Shown piece by piece: positions 27,180 to 39,650 of a stretch of 64,000 nt of DNA. Within the stretch, counting starts at the first letter, position 1, and the number at the start of each line of letters is the position of its first letter. Under the pieces are notes generated by a model, which ran no database searches, had not been told where the DNA came from, and was given only the letters and a program-made list of their open reading frames with translations. This stretch comes from Hamiltosporidium tvaerminnensis FI-OER-3-3 (Eukaryota > Fungi > Microsporidia), in the NCBI GenBank assembly GCA_022605425.2, contig CM061251.1, forward strand, positions 930,001-994,000. Reading direction: 5' to 3'. Made by a program: the position numbers and the translations under genes.

Positions 27180-29610
27180 CCTCGGCTGCTCTGTAATAGT
27201 TGGTACTAGGAAGAACAGCCTAAATATGCGAATTTTTTTCTTGATCTGTTTAAGTGTTCATGTAACGAAATGTAAAAGCGATAGAGCATGTAGCAATAGT
27301 ATTTAAACTCAAAACCGGTGATTTTGCAACCAAATTTTAACACCCGGTGCTGGAAGATAGAAAAATGCAAATCTTTAATGATCTAGGGAACGATATAACC
27401 ACTTATGTCTTTTTATAGAACATTTTTTGCCCAAATAAACTCTCGGTATTCTCCGGGTTACTTTATAAATGAAGATATACTAAAATATAAGATGGTACAG
27501 CGATAAAAGGATGTGTACGCGTGATATTTTAAAGTGAAATCAAACCAACAATCATATTTCAACAGAAAAATTATTTTAGAATAACTGCCTTTTGTTTTAA
27601 ACATATTCCACAAAACCTTTAAATAAGACAGCTTTATAATGTAGTCAGCCTTAAAGATACGAATAGAATTATAAGAAGGCGTTTTATATAAACCCTGACT
27701 ATCTTTAATGCTTTAAAAATATCCCATATTTTGTTTTAAAAAGCTGCCCAGTTTTCCTACAAAATAATACTGCAAATTTAATGCCGATAATTTTTATGAT
27801 ATTGGTTCGTATTAATATCTTTTGGCTTTATTGGTAGAAATTAAATATGAAAATAATTAAATATAGGTTTCCCCTTATTAAAATTTCTTAGAAGGAGTAT
27901 ATATACCAAGAATAAAGAAAACTATCAGAAAGATAATAGTAGAAAATTAGTTTGGCAAAATTTTATTTTGATGGATCTTAAATGGTTTCATATATCGAAA
28001 TTTTTATTCAAATATTTCATACTTAACAATTTCTTCCATTTAATTTCCATTTAAATTTATATTTACTTTCAGAAACTTGTTGATAAATACTTTTTTTCTG
28101 TTTCTTAATTCTATGAATAATTTTTTTGTTTTTGCTATTTCACTTTTTTAATTCTGTTTATATATTAGGACTTTATGAATTAAATAAAAATTACAAGTAA
28201 GTTAAGATAAATTATTTACCGTTATACATTGAAAAAATTGAATTTTTGTTATTTTGTTGGAAAATTACATTTAAATGATTTTATAGATCTAGTTAGAGGT
28301 TTTTATGAGAATTAGAAATTTTTTGAGATATTTAAAAGATTTTACAAACACCGAACAGATAAAACGTTTCAAAATATAAGTCTTTAGCAGAAAAACATAA
28401 TTTAAAAAATTAGAATTAAAAAATGATAAACTGTATTAGTAATCATAAATGATGTTGAATTACTAAAATAATATTATAATGCTACAATGAGGGATTCTAA
28501 AACAAGAAAATTAAAAGGTAAAATTGCCCAAACCCCTTACTTGTTTTTAACATTTATGCTTTCACTTGGCATTAAATAAAATAAAATAAATTTTTCTAAA
28601 AATAATTTCTTTATATTTTTTAAAAACTTCTACCCTACGTTTCTTCAATCAAAATCTATTTTTTATCGAAAAAAGAAATGAAGCTGTAAATCAGAAAATA
28701 TGAACAGAAAAGATGATAATAGATTTAATAACAGCAACAGTGATAGTTTATGATGTTTGATTTGTTTTCAAAATCCCAATGAATTACTCATAAAATGAAT
28801 TTTTTGGTAAAAGTTGTTTTCAATAATAGAAAAATTATGAGAAAGTGAAATATATTAAGGCACTTTTAGATATCTAGCACAACGCCTCAAACTTATTATA
28901 AAACAAATGATTGGGAATTTTAGTTTGATTTGATTATATTATTTTGAAATCCATTTTTATGGAAAAGGAGGCTTCTATCTTAAGAGTTCCTTTTCTTTTT
29001 AATTTGAACAAAATTTTTCTTTTTACGATTTTGATAAAAAAAAAGAAGAGGTACTGGGTGGTATGTAAGTTAATGATATATATTTGGTTAACTAGATAAA
29101 ATTTGTTCTAGGGGTTTATGGAGAGTGTGTTTGGAAGTGGTTGAATGATTTTGGATTGTATTTTGACAGTATACTTACCTATTTGTAATTCGGCTACAAC
29201 GGAGCACAAATAGAATTTTTTTTAGTCTAATTGTAAAATATAAAAGTTTTCAGGGTGTGACTTCTCGAAGTAATGAATTTCCCCAAATTGAATTCCAGAA
29301 AAGAATACTTCTATGTTTCTATAGATAAGAAAAAGATATAAAGTTTTTATTGAACTAGATATATTTTTTAAAACTGCTTGAAATATAGATATTATCATAA
29401 ATTTGAATTAAAATAACTTATGGGATATATTTAGAATATCATAATTGTAGAATTGCAGTAAATTACTTCGGATTCTATTGAAATAAGTTTTAGAACAAGA
29501 AGAAATATTCGTTTGTTTCATAAGGAAGAAATTTTAAAGAAATTAAATGATTTACAATAAATAAAAAAATAAAATATTTTAAAATTGGTTTATAATATCT
29601 ACTTTGTATT
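27180..29610 (+). pseudogene. Degenerate family gene P1
   Basis: Plus-strand fragments IIFQQKNYFRIT, NDFGLYFDSILTYL, YKVFIELDIFFKT and KEEILKKLNDLQ; colinear with ~51800-54200. Confidence 0.6.
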
Positions 29611-29689
29611 TATATATATAAAAAAAAGAATATAATTTTTTTAAATTAAATTTTGCACTTCTTTGTTCTATTAAACACTTCTATTTGTT

Positions 29690-31815
29690 ATCAGCTCCCA
29701 TCTAATTTAAATATTTCTATTTTTTGCAATTAGTAATTTATATTTCTTGGTTTAATATCTAAGGTATGTTTTATAAATTTGCTATTCTAAAAACATAAAC
29801 CTTAAATGGGTAAATATATTTCTTGGTGTCATAAATTTAATTCGAAATAGTCTATCCGAAAAATATTTTATTTAGTTATGAATATGGTATTCTATTTTCT
29901 CAAAAAGTACAATCGATCTTTGCTAATAGAAGTGTTATAGAAAATTCATAATATATTCAATGTGTGCCCAGTAAGGTATATCTTAAAGTATATAACTGTT
30001 ACTTAATTCTAGAATAAATATAGCTTAGGAATAACCCATTTGTTCGATAAGAGTATATCAGTTTTTAAAACCTTAACTCGTTTATATATCATCAAGATTT
30101 CATGTGTAGTTATATATAAAATACAAGAGATAGTTTGAGACATAAAGTATTATTTTTAATGATTAAATATAGTAATTGAATTTAATGAAAGTTTTTTTTT
30201 TAAAACTTAACTAATATTTTATAGATTTCTTTATCGTATAGTTATTTACTCCAAAAATTTGCTAATAAATAAATCTGTATATGAAGGTAACCATTTGTAT
30301 TTCAGATTATGTAAAAGTATTTCTGATATCATTAAAATTATTTATAGATGTATACTAAGTGCTCTAATTTAATTTTCTGGTTAAATCCGACTTGGAAAAA
30401 ATCGCTTGAGTTCTTACACATTGCCTTTTATATTCTATAGGAGCTAAATATTAAAAAAATCTTACATACTCTTTTCATGATACAAATCAGATTAGGTAGT
30501 TTAAAAAGTATAAATTTGCTGCAAATTTTTTGGAACCTATATTGTACTTGATTGTGGAACTTGTTTCTTTCGTTTAATTAGGTGTAACCTTTATACAGTT
30601 GGTTAGGTAATAGAAGTTTAATGATAAGATAGTGCTAGGTCACATGTATACGATTCCAGATGATAAAAAATCCAAGATTGTTCCTACATATTGAAGTTTT
30701 GACCTACCAATTGTGCTTCTTTTTATATTTTAAGTCTTGAAATCTTAATTTTATAATATGATATTTGAACCAACAAACCCAATCAAAAATTTTATTTAGT
30801 GAATTAGAATAAACGTCTACTTTAATAAACATACTTGATTTTTTACTTATTACAGTATAATATTCATCTATAAATACATTTTGAAATAAATGTATCTTTG
30901 ATTCTATTATATTACTTTATTCAAATTAATTTCCAAAAAGTTTGAAAATAAATTCTTAGCTTTACATATAAACAAGAAATATTATTTATATTAGTTATAT
31001 GGAAAAAACTAGTATTTAATTTAGTTTTAAATGAACAACTTTGTTTAAGGTTTATCTACTTTTAAAATAAACTTGAAATATCAGGTAAAATATTTTTTGT
31101 ATTATATGCACGACTGTATAAACAAATTTAACACCCAAAACTAGACAAAATTAAACTATTTTAAGGATTAGTTGTAGAATTTGTTTAAACAAAAGAAATA
31201 GGGTTAAGAAAATTAAAATATACAAATACTTAATGTAAAAACTTTTATTTAAATTTGCTTTCAGTATATAATTGGTATATAAACACATTTTTCGAAAGAG
31301 ATTCTATCGTACTATATTTTTATTTGAATTTATTTTGTATATCTTACTGTATACTATATATTTCCAAAAAAAAGACTTAACATTATTAAAAACAATCAAT
31401 ATACTTATAATAAAAATAATTTATGTCAGCACAATAAGACTACATAGTGAAAAACAAAGGATTTTTTTATATGGATATATTAAGGTGAACTACATATTGA
31501 GTTAATTTATATGGTTTATAGTCATATGAATAAAAAATTAATGTCTGTATAGATTGAGAGAATATCACATTAATATTGACACTAGCAATAATATTACACA
31601 ACTCCTAAATTTTCGTAAAAGTAGTATAAATAAAATTCAAATACCCTTTTCACTTGTATATATTTCTTTCATATTATATTTGTATTTTTTTTGTGCTAAA
31701 GGAGCAATGCATACATAATACCTAACGATACCTGGCAGTTTGCTCAATTTTCGAGAAAGTATCTAATATGAGGTTATATAGAAATCCAGAGGTACGCATA
31801 AATCCCATATATGAT
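29690..31815 (-). pseudogene. LRR-like family paralogue E (5'-truncated; closest to D)
   Basis: Blocks KQVPQSSTI (~30540-30566) and KSD (30385-30393). Colinear with D over its whole length. Homology stops near 31815, before the 24-nt motif found in A-D. Confidence 0.75.
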
Positions 31816-31829
31816 TTAATAGAACAATT

Positions 31830-33400
31830 TAAATTTAATTTTATATTTATATATCATAACATATTTCCTTCCATGGATGTAATAAAAGCCAATTAGATAT
31901 ATTTGAATATAAATTTATCAGCTTCAATTAAGTGTTAACACAAATACATCTAGCTTTTGGGAATAAATAAAAAAATATTTTAAGCTCTACTTTTTTTAAG
32001 AGGTTCTTCATTACAGTGTTAATTTAAAAAAATGGTTTCAAAAATATATTTTTGTCAAATATTTATCCTGTAACATTTGAAACAGATTCGAAGTTTATAA
32101 ATTAATGAAAATAATTATCTTTCGTGACATAAAAAAATCGTAATATAAATAAAAAATATTATAAACCTAAGCAAAAATATATATTAAGAATGCGAGATAT
32201 ATATGAAAAGTCTTAATTCATATACCATATCTTATTTAAACCCTGATTTATTTGTAATTTTCAAAAGGAAAGACTTATTTCTAAAATGTAATGAATTATT
32301 AAGACTTCTGCTTAATATTCTGATTTAAATACTTATATATCAAATGGTTGTACTTGTATTTAAAAAGCTTTGTATGATTTCCAACATGATACATCTCTTC
32401 TTTTTACAGCTATACAGTATAAGATAAATAGACTTTACAAAAATACCAAAATGAAAATTTTTATGCTTTTAAATAACAAATTGAAGTATTAAAAGATAGG
32501 TCTTAAAAATCGAATTATGTTTATAATAACTCTAAGGTAATCTATTTACTTTTTGTTCTCTACTAGATCTCATTTAAGATCAGAATAAGAATTATTTAAA
32601 AAATTTTCAAATAAATAAGAAAACTGTGTGACACTGAAAATGATTAAAAAATAAAGTAGATGCAGGGTGTCAAACCACAGAGATTTTTTATTTTAGTTCC
32701 ATAGATATGCGTTCTTGTATAAAAGTTGTTTTATTTGTAGCTTGCAATGGTTATATGGCCCAAACAGCTATGTTTTTGTGTTAAGTGAACATGTGGTAGC
32801 AATAAAATACCAATATATTATAATTTAGTAGATTTCGTTATTTTTCGGATGAATTTCTTAATAAATGTGTAAGCCCATTATTTATTTTTTATTTTAACTT
32901 TGGAATTTCTATTTCTATTTTATATTAGCTCTTATGTAATTACTTATAGTTTACTAGTATACAATTTTCTCACTACATGTATGTAATAAATTTTTATATA
33001 ACAAAGACTACTGATAAGCTGGAGCATCACCTTAATATTTTTGTGCTCTATTATAATATAGAAAGTCTAAAAAATAAATGAAATGTTTCTAAAATGCAAA
33101 AAGATATTAATTTTCAAAGAAAAATCTAGAAAATTTATTGAAATAAAAAATAAGTTCAAATATACAATTGCACATACGTCTAAGGTTAAAATAGTTGTTT
33201 TTTCAAATCCTTAGAAATATATATTTAAAATAGATAATGAAATTTCAAAACTACGGATGTGCAAAAATTTATTTAGTATACAAAAAAAATTATTTATTCT
33301 TATTTCTAACAAATCTATTAATGTTTTAAAATGATGCTAAATTATGATGGGCAAAAATCTAAAATTGATCAAACAAGTAAAAATCGAAAATCGAAAAGTT
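31830..33400 (-). pseudogene. Degenerate family gene F2, paralogue of 1-1400
   Basis: See F1. It abuts the truncated 5' end of paralogue E. Confidence 0.6.
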
Positions 33401-33629
33401 GGATTTGAAGTGGTTTTGAATGATTATTGGGTATAACACATAATTCAAAAAGAAAACATCTCAATCATTGAGCCTACACCAGACTCATATATCATAAAGA
33501 ACAGATAGGTTCTTTCTACGTTTATAAAAATAGTTCAGGCTAATTGATAAGAATAACGTTTTGAGTTCCAAAGTAAATATAGGTAATTGATTTTTAAAAA
33601 GTTTGGGTTATGAACCACAGCACATTATT

Positions 33630-35500
33630 TTAACCTTTTTTATAGTTATGATATATATCTTTACTTCGAATCTTTTCAAATAGGCAATTGCGTCTCATAT
33701 TTAGACTCTTTGCTTTAGAGTTATTGTATTTAGGTTAATGATATTGGTATGGCTTTCTACTAATATATTATAAGTGAATTTTTTCACTTATTTAGTAGAT
33801 CTGACTTTAACAGATCGGATGAGTTCTTTGATACTACCCTTTGGATCATAGTTGTAACAGATGTAAATGGCTTTACCGATACACTTTTATAATCAAATCA
33901 GCTTAGGATGTTTAGAATATATAAATTCACCTTCGAATTTCTTGTAAAAATATTAGTTGATTGGGGCACTTGTTTATACGGCTTCTACATTAGGAATATT
34001 CCTTATAAATAGAAGGAAGATATACTAGATTCTTAATAAGATGGTTCTAATTTAATTGTAGAAGATTGGTCGACATTAAAAACTCAGCCCTATTTATAGT
34101 TTTTGTAATTTTTAATAACAATTGCCTTTCTGTCTCTTTAAATAAGAAAAATAAAACTTTCGAATTGATAATCTAGAAATCCACAAACACTATTATAAAA
34201 ATTTCAGTTGCTGAATCTTAATATAGGCTATTTTCCTAAAATTTATTTCCTTTTTAATCTTTATGATGTAATATCCACTTATAAATATATCTAGATATAA
34301 AAATATTATCAATATCTTCTAATTCAGATCATTATAGGTGTTTCTTCATCTTTGAAGATTTTTTCATCGGTGTAAAGCTCGATTAAGAAAATATGCATTA
34401 AAAAATGAACTAAAAAATTAAGTTTAGACTAAACTATATATTTGTTAAAAATTCCCTATCTTAATAGTAAATTAAAATATTATTTAATTTTTTTTCTTTG
34501 AATTATTGTTTGTGTAAATCCGTATTGGTCCGAAGAAAATTAAAGATCTAGGAAAACTATAAAAGAGATAACCCTACCATTTAAAATTTAGGTGTATTGT
34601 TTGTCTTTAAATAGGTAGATAAATTACGAACTTTAAAATAAACAAATAATTAATGTAGAATTATCATGGAAATATATTTTTAATATAAAAATAGGCTAGA
34701 AAAAACAAATTTATTACTTTAAGAAATTTTGATATACAAAATTTTACGATTATATATAATTATTTAGTTTTTTACAATAAAATAATTATATATAGCAATT
34801 TAAGTTAGTTAAATCTTACTAAAGAATAAAAATAAACTATTTATGTATAGGATCGATATAGTAAGAATAATCAAATCTTAAAATCATCTAATATAGATTT
34901 TTTGCATATTTATAAAAAATTAAAGACCGCATAAATTAAGATCTAAAAGAATATCAAATTTATTTTAAGAAAGGCAATATGATTACTTTTCTGATTTATT
35001 CACCTATAGGTAGTATATATAATGTTTAAATACTCTTTCACATGAAATCTTTATTTTACTTAGATTTATATTCTTGTCAAGTAAAATAAACAATAGAAAT
35101 ATAAAAATGTTTGGCAGTTTGTGAAATTAAACGAAAAGTGAATAGTATAAGGTTAAATAGAAATCAAAAGTTACGTATGAAATCCCTATACAATCAATGT
35201 TTCCATCAATATACTCAGGCTTTTTCACAACAATTTACAAAAATTTAATACGGCCATATTTAGGCTGAACACAACATATAATGAACAAGATTACAAAATC
35301 GTATTTTTAGAATATGAATAAGTTTTTTATAGCCCGAATGTTCTATATAATTATAAAAAAACATCTAATACCTTATTCTAAAAAACTTCCAATTATGGTA
35401 AATTTTATAAGCTTGTTAGACTTAACACCTTAAAATCATATGAGAAGTAATACTACTAAATTATATGTTATTTATAAACTATTTGAAATAAATACAAAAA
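33630..35500 (-). pseudogene. LRR-like family paralogue B
   Basis: Blocks KQVPQSTN (33952-33975), YDPKGSIKELI, KSD (33799-33807) and DAIAYLKRFEVKIY; 24-nt motif at 35382-35405. Confidence 0.75.
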
Positions 35501-35879
35501 TTTTAATAGATGACTAAAAAATAAAATTAATTCCTCAAAAAAAAATAAAATTATACATTAGTTTGAAAAGGGTAACTCTAATCTCTAAATTAAAGATTAA
35601 ATTAACCAGATTTGCTTTAGTTGAGAAAAAACTGTTTGCATGAGTGTCAAGTAACATAGAAAATAGAAATGGATGTTAGATCTAAAAAATGATAGCATAC
35701 TAAAGTGATTGTTAAAATAATAACTTAGTAGAATAATAATTTAAGCAAATTGTCACAAACAAAACCGGAAATTAAAAAATAGAAAAAAGCATATTAAAGA
35801 AGAAATATATTAGGAACCTAATAAGAAACATTTAGACCACTAGAAAAATTATAAATACTTCACGCTTTAGCTTTATTTA

Positions 35880-38800
35880 AAACTCAAATCTCGTATTATT
35901 AAATAAATTAGACACGTTCCATGTTAGTAGAGCATGATACCAACATAAAAAATAGTAATTTCCAGTCTTTCTTTCTGAAGAAACGAATAACAGCGTCAAA
36001 ATCATTCTATTTTGTCTTCTTACATATTCCATAAATGCCTTAAAGCCACAATTAGTAATTCTCTTTACATCATAATAACGCACGATGTTGATATCCTTGA
36101 ATATTCTTTTGTTTCCCAGAAATCACGCTTATTTAAAATCCTTCAACATTTACTTAGGAATCACTTTAGTATTATAGAAATAATATTGATATGTAGTTTT
36201 AATATAACAATAATTTTAGTATTATTTTCCATTAATTCCTTAAACATATTTTTATTTTTATCGTAAATAAATATAAAGCCAAGGGAAAGAGTAGACGCAC
36301 TGACCTTTGCTAAGTTGTTTCTATAGTAGTAGAGCATATGGAAAAATACTGGGTGTATTATAAAATATCCTCAAACAGTACTTCAACCTTTTTTTTTAAT
36401 TCACTCCGTTGCCAAGAAAAACGTGTTATAAGCCTAGAAAATTAACAATCGATAATCAAATATAAGTCTAACATGCCCACCATAGCCTCTCAACACGACT
36501 TTAGAAGACTTTGCTGTTATTTTCGCCTTTTTTCTCAGAAGATATTTATTAATACAATTGCAGCTTTTAAAGCCTTTTTTCTTGGTTGTCTGACAGTAAA
36601 ATTCGTATCAACGCCTTTTAAACAAAAGAAATATCTAAGATACTTGAAAAGGTATTGGTTTTCAACACTAATATTATTAATATATATTTTAATCACATTT
36701 CAGCAATTATAAGAGTAGTTCTTTGCTTTCAAAATATATGCATTATTAGATGAAGGGCTTTGAATGCATCTGATATTCTTCTTACTCTGTTTCAAACTAC
36801 TGCTATAAAGCAAAAGATCTTCTGCATAGCTAAATATATTATTCCTCAGATGAGAAGAGATATAGAAAATCAAATAATAAAGGACAATATTGAACAAACT
36901 TAAGAATATCCCAGTTCTTTGTGGTAACTCTTTGCAAAAAGTAGTACATTCTCTTTTTCGATTATACTCTATCAATAAATATTTTTTATTCTAAAGTAAT
37001 TCTGCAATTAATAGAGTATCCATCGGAATAAACTCTTGATACAAGATAAGGTTCTTTTACAAACTTCTTTTTTGATCGTTTCATAGCTGATTTCATATTG
37101 ATCGTTACGGAAAATATCACTACTACTTTCTAAAATATGTTCTATCTGGAGGCTATTGGTAAAGGTTATGTTATTCCGTGTGTAACTGGTTTTTTTCTTT
37201 TATAAAACGAACCCGAATTTCGTAAATATGCTCTTTTCAAACAATTTACAAGTTTTTTCATTAGTGCGAGATTCCGTATAATTTATTTCTCTTTTTTATT
37301 GCTGTCATTGTATTTAGTTATACGCCTTTGGTACTTCTCGCAAAAAAATAAAAGAATTAAAATAATTATTTAAATGAACGAAATATATCTATGAACATGT
37401 TTATTCAAGTGCATTTTTCTCTCTAAAATCACCCAGACTAATTGGCCGTAGTGGCTTTATTTCCCTTTTCAAATTTAACATAAGATTATACTAACTAAAC
37501 TATCTTCTTTATCGCTTTGATAATTAAGACTGTCATTAATTTTTTAACTTTATCTTTATATAGTGTCAACAGAATACTGAATTATTGTTACTCACTACTG
37601 AACCAAAAGCTTCGTATATATTTACAAACACACGCATTCCGTTCTTACTACATGGAACAACTTTAGAAACCAAATCGTTAACAAGATTTGAATTCTAATA
37701 TTAGAATTGGCTTTATCTAAATAACTAATCTTCCTTTCATTTTTTTGATCAACTCTTAAATTTCTTTAAAATTAAAGTCAGTTATCGTTCTCACAGCTCG
37801 TTCAATTTCTTTTTAAATTAGCTATGATAAGGTTGTGCAGTTTATGAGAAACTTGTCTTTTTATTTGCAAACTCCTCGAAGCTTCAATTTAAATATCTTG
37901 CAATAATTCGAGTTTTTCTTTATTCGGTAATTTATTCAACAGAATTCATTTCTAGAAGTTAAAACTTAAATTTTATTGCTTAAAGGTTTTTTTAGCGTCT
38001 TATCTTTTAATTAATTGATATTAAACATAGAATTTAATGTAAAATTAGCTTTATTCAAAAACACATTTATCAGTTTGTGATAAAAATTTTAATTTTATGA
38101 AGTTCCGGTCGTACCTTAAATTTTGAAAAGTACATATGCTAGGGTAGAACATTATTCTCGAGCTTAAAAAAAGAAGACTCAAATTTTGTTTCATATAATC
38201 CCAACTCCGAATGCTTGTCGGGAACAAATTATTCGAATGTTACTGCATTCTCCAGATTGTAGCCTCCTAGCTTAATATCTTCATATCAGCAAATTTTCTT
38301 ATTTTAGCCTTAAGTAAATGTAATGCATTATTTAAACGTGATTTGTAAATGAAAATTAAATATATTTTTGTACCTTGATACAAACACCGAATTTAGTCAA
38401 ATCTTTAATTATACTATTAAATTAATTTATCCGATAACACCAACATTTCCTCGGAATTAGAAACCGTGTTTTATTATTTTTTTTTAGATATCTTACAGGC
38501 AATTACCATATAATCTGGATTTTAATTTTCTAACGTGTAGCGCCACTTTCCAGCAGATGCTACTATGCCAAAATTATTTACACTGAATAATTAAATTATT
38601 TTTTTTAAATTTGTATATTAGAAATACGACCAATATTGTGAAAAGTAATTTTATTAATATTTTTTGACCCGATCTAATATTTCTAATTCTTATATTAGCG
38701 TTTTCCAGAAACTCACAAGTTCTACCCTTGAAAATTAAATAATCTCACTTCAATTTTTTTAACTTTTTATTTATATTTTTTTTATTTCGTTTAAAAATGT

Positions 38801-39650
38801 TTTCCATTCTTCCTTTAAGTTTAGCAAATAAGGTTTCTTCTATTATCTGATCCAGGACTCTCTCTTAATAGGTGCGCGGGTAGTCTTTTAAAAATATCAA
38901 TACATCATTTTTAAATTTATTATTTATATAGGCTCGAATATTTTTTATCTCAGAAAATCTTAATTTATCACATATTTTAATTTATTAATCAATGGATCTG
39001 AAAGATAGGCTATATATCAATGTTCTATTCCGTCTAATACCCTAAAGTATATAAAAATATATTTATTGATTTGAAAAAAAGATTCCTAGTTAAAACTTGT
39101 GCGATCGCACCCTCGTGTAACTACTTTCGATTATATCCGTACCTAATTCTTCTCATAGATTTTGGGTGCCTTTATTATTTATACAGCTTTTCCCACTGTC
39201 TTTTTAGTGATTTCTGGGTCTGTTACTTTTACTGGCTCTTTTTTTCTCTTAAGTAACACCTTGCAAATATTTTTCGCTTTTCTCTGCTAAATAATCTTCT
39301 ACAATTGCTGCAATAAGTGCGAAGATGATTTGGGTTTTTTCCCGTACTTTTATTGCTCATTCTAAAGAAGCTTATTATGTACATAATAGTTTGGGTTTCA
39401 TCAATTATCACCTTTCTAGTTTTGGATAGGAAAACCTTTGATTCCATTCCAGATCACCAATTTTATTCTTTGTTTTTCTATTTCGTCAAAAGCTTTCGAT
39501 CCTTCGGAACTTTCCATATTAATTAATTTGCAGCGTACATATACCTGCAAAATCTTTTTTGGATTCGAAACCGACGCTAAATCCTAGTAGTACTTAGAAC
39601 CGGCAGGAATCAGAACCTAATAAGATTTCATGCATTCTAAGATTAAAATT
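35880..39650 (-). mobile_element. Decayed LINE-like retrotransposon (ORF1 remnant plus reverse transcriptase ORF2 remnant); ends approximate
   Basis: Minus-strand RT motifs occur in the correct order: LRPISL (37434-37451; cf. YRPISL), KELPQRTGIFLSLFNIVL (~36880-36935; cf. GLPQGxxLSPxLFNI), IFSYAEDLLLYSSS (~36797-36838; degenerate YADD) and FKYL (~36637-36648; cf. KYLG). A possible gag knuckle remnant GKNPNHLRTYC lies in ORF 39229-39447. There are many stops and frameshifts. Confidence 0.75.

Larger units (their letters stand above)
24565..31815 (+). repeat. Segmental duplication copy 1 (~7.2 kb; H1-P1-E)
   Basis: Same gene order, orientation and intergenic similarity as 47367-56400. Confidence 0.8.
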
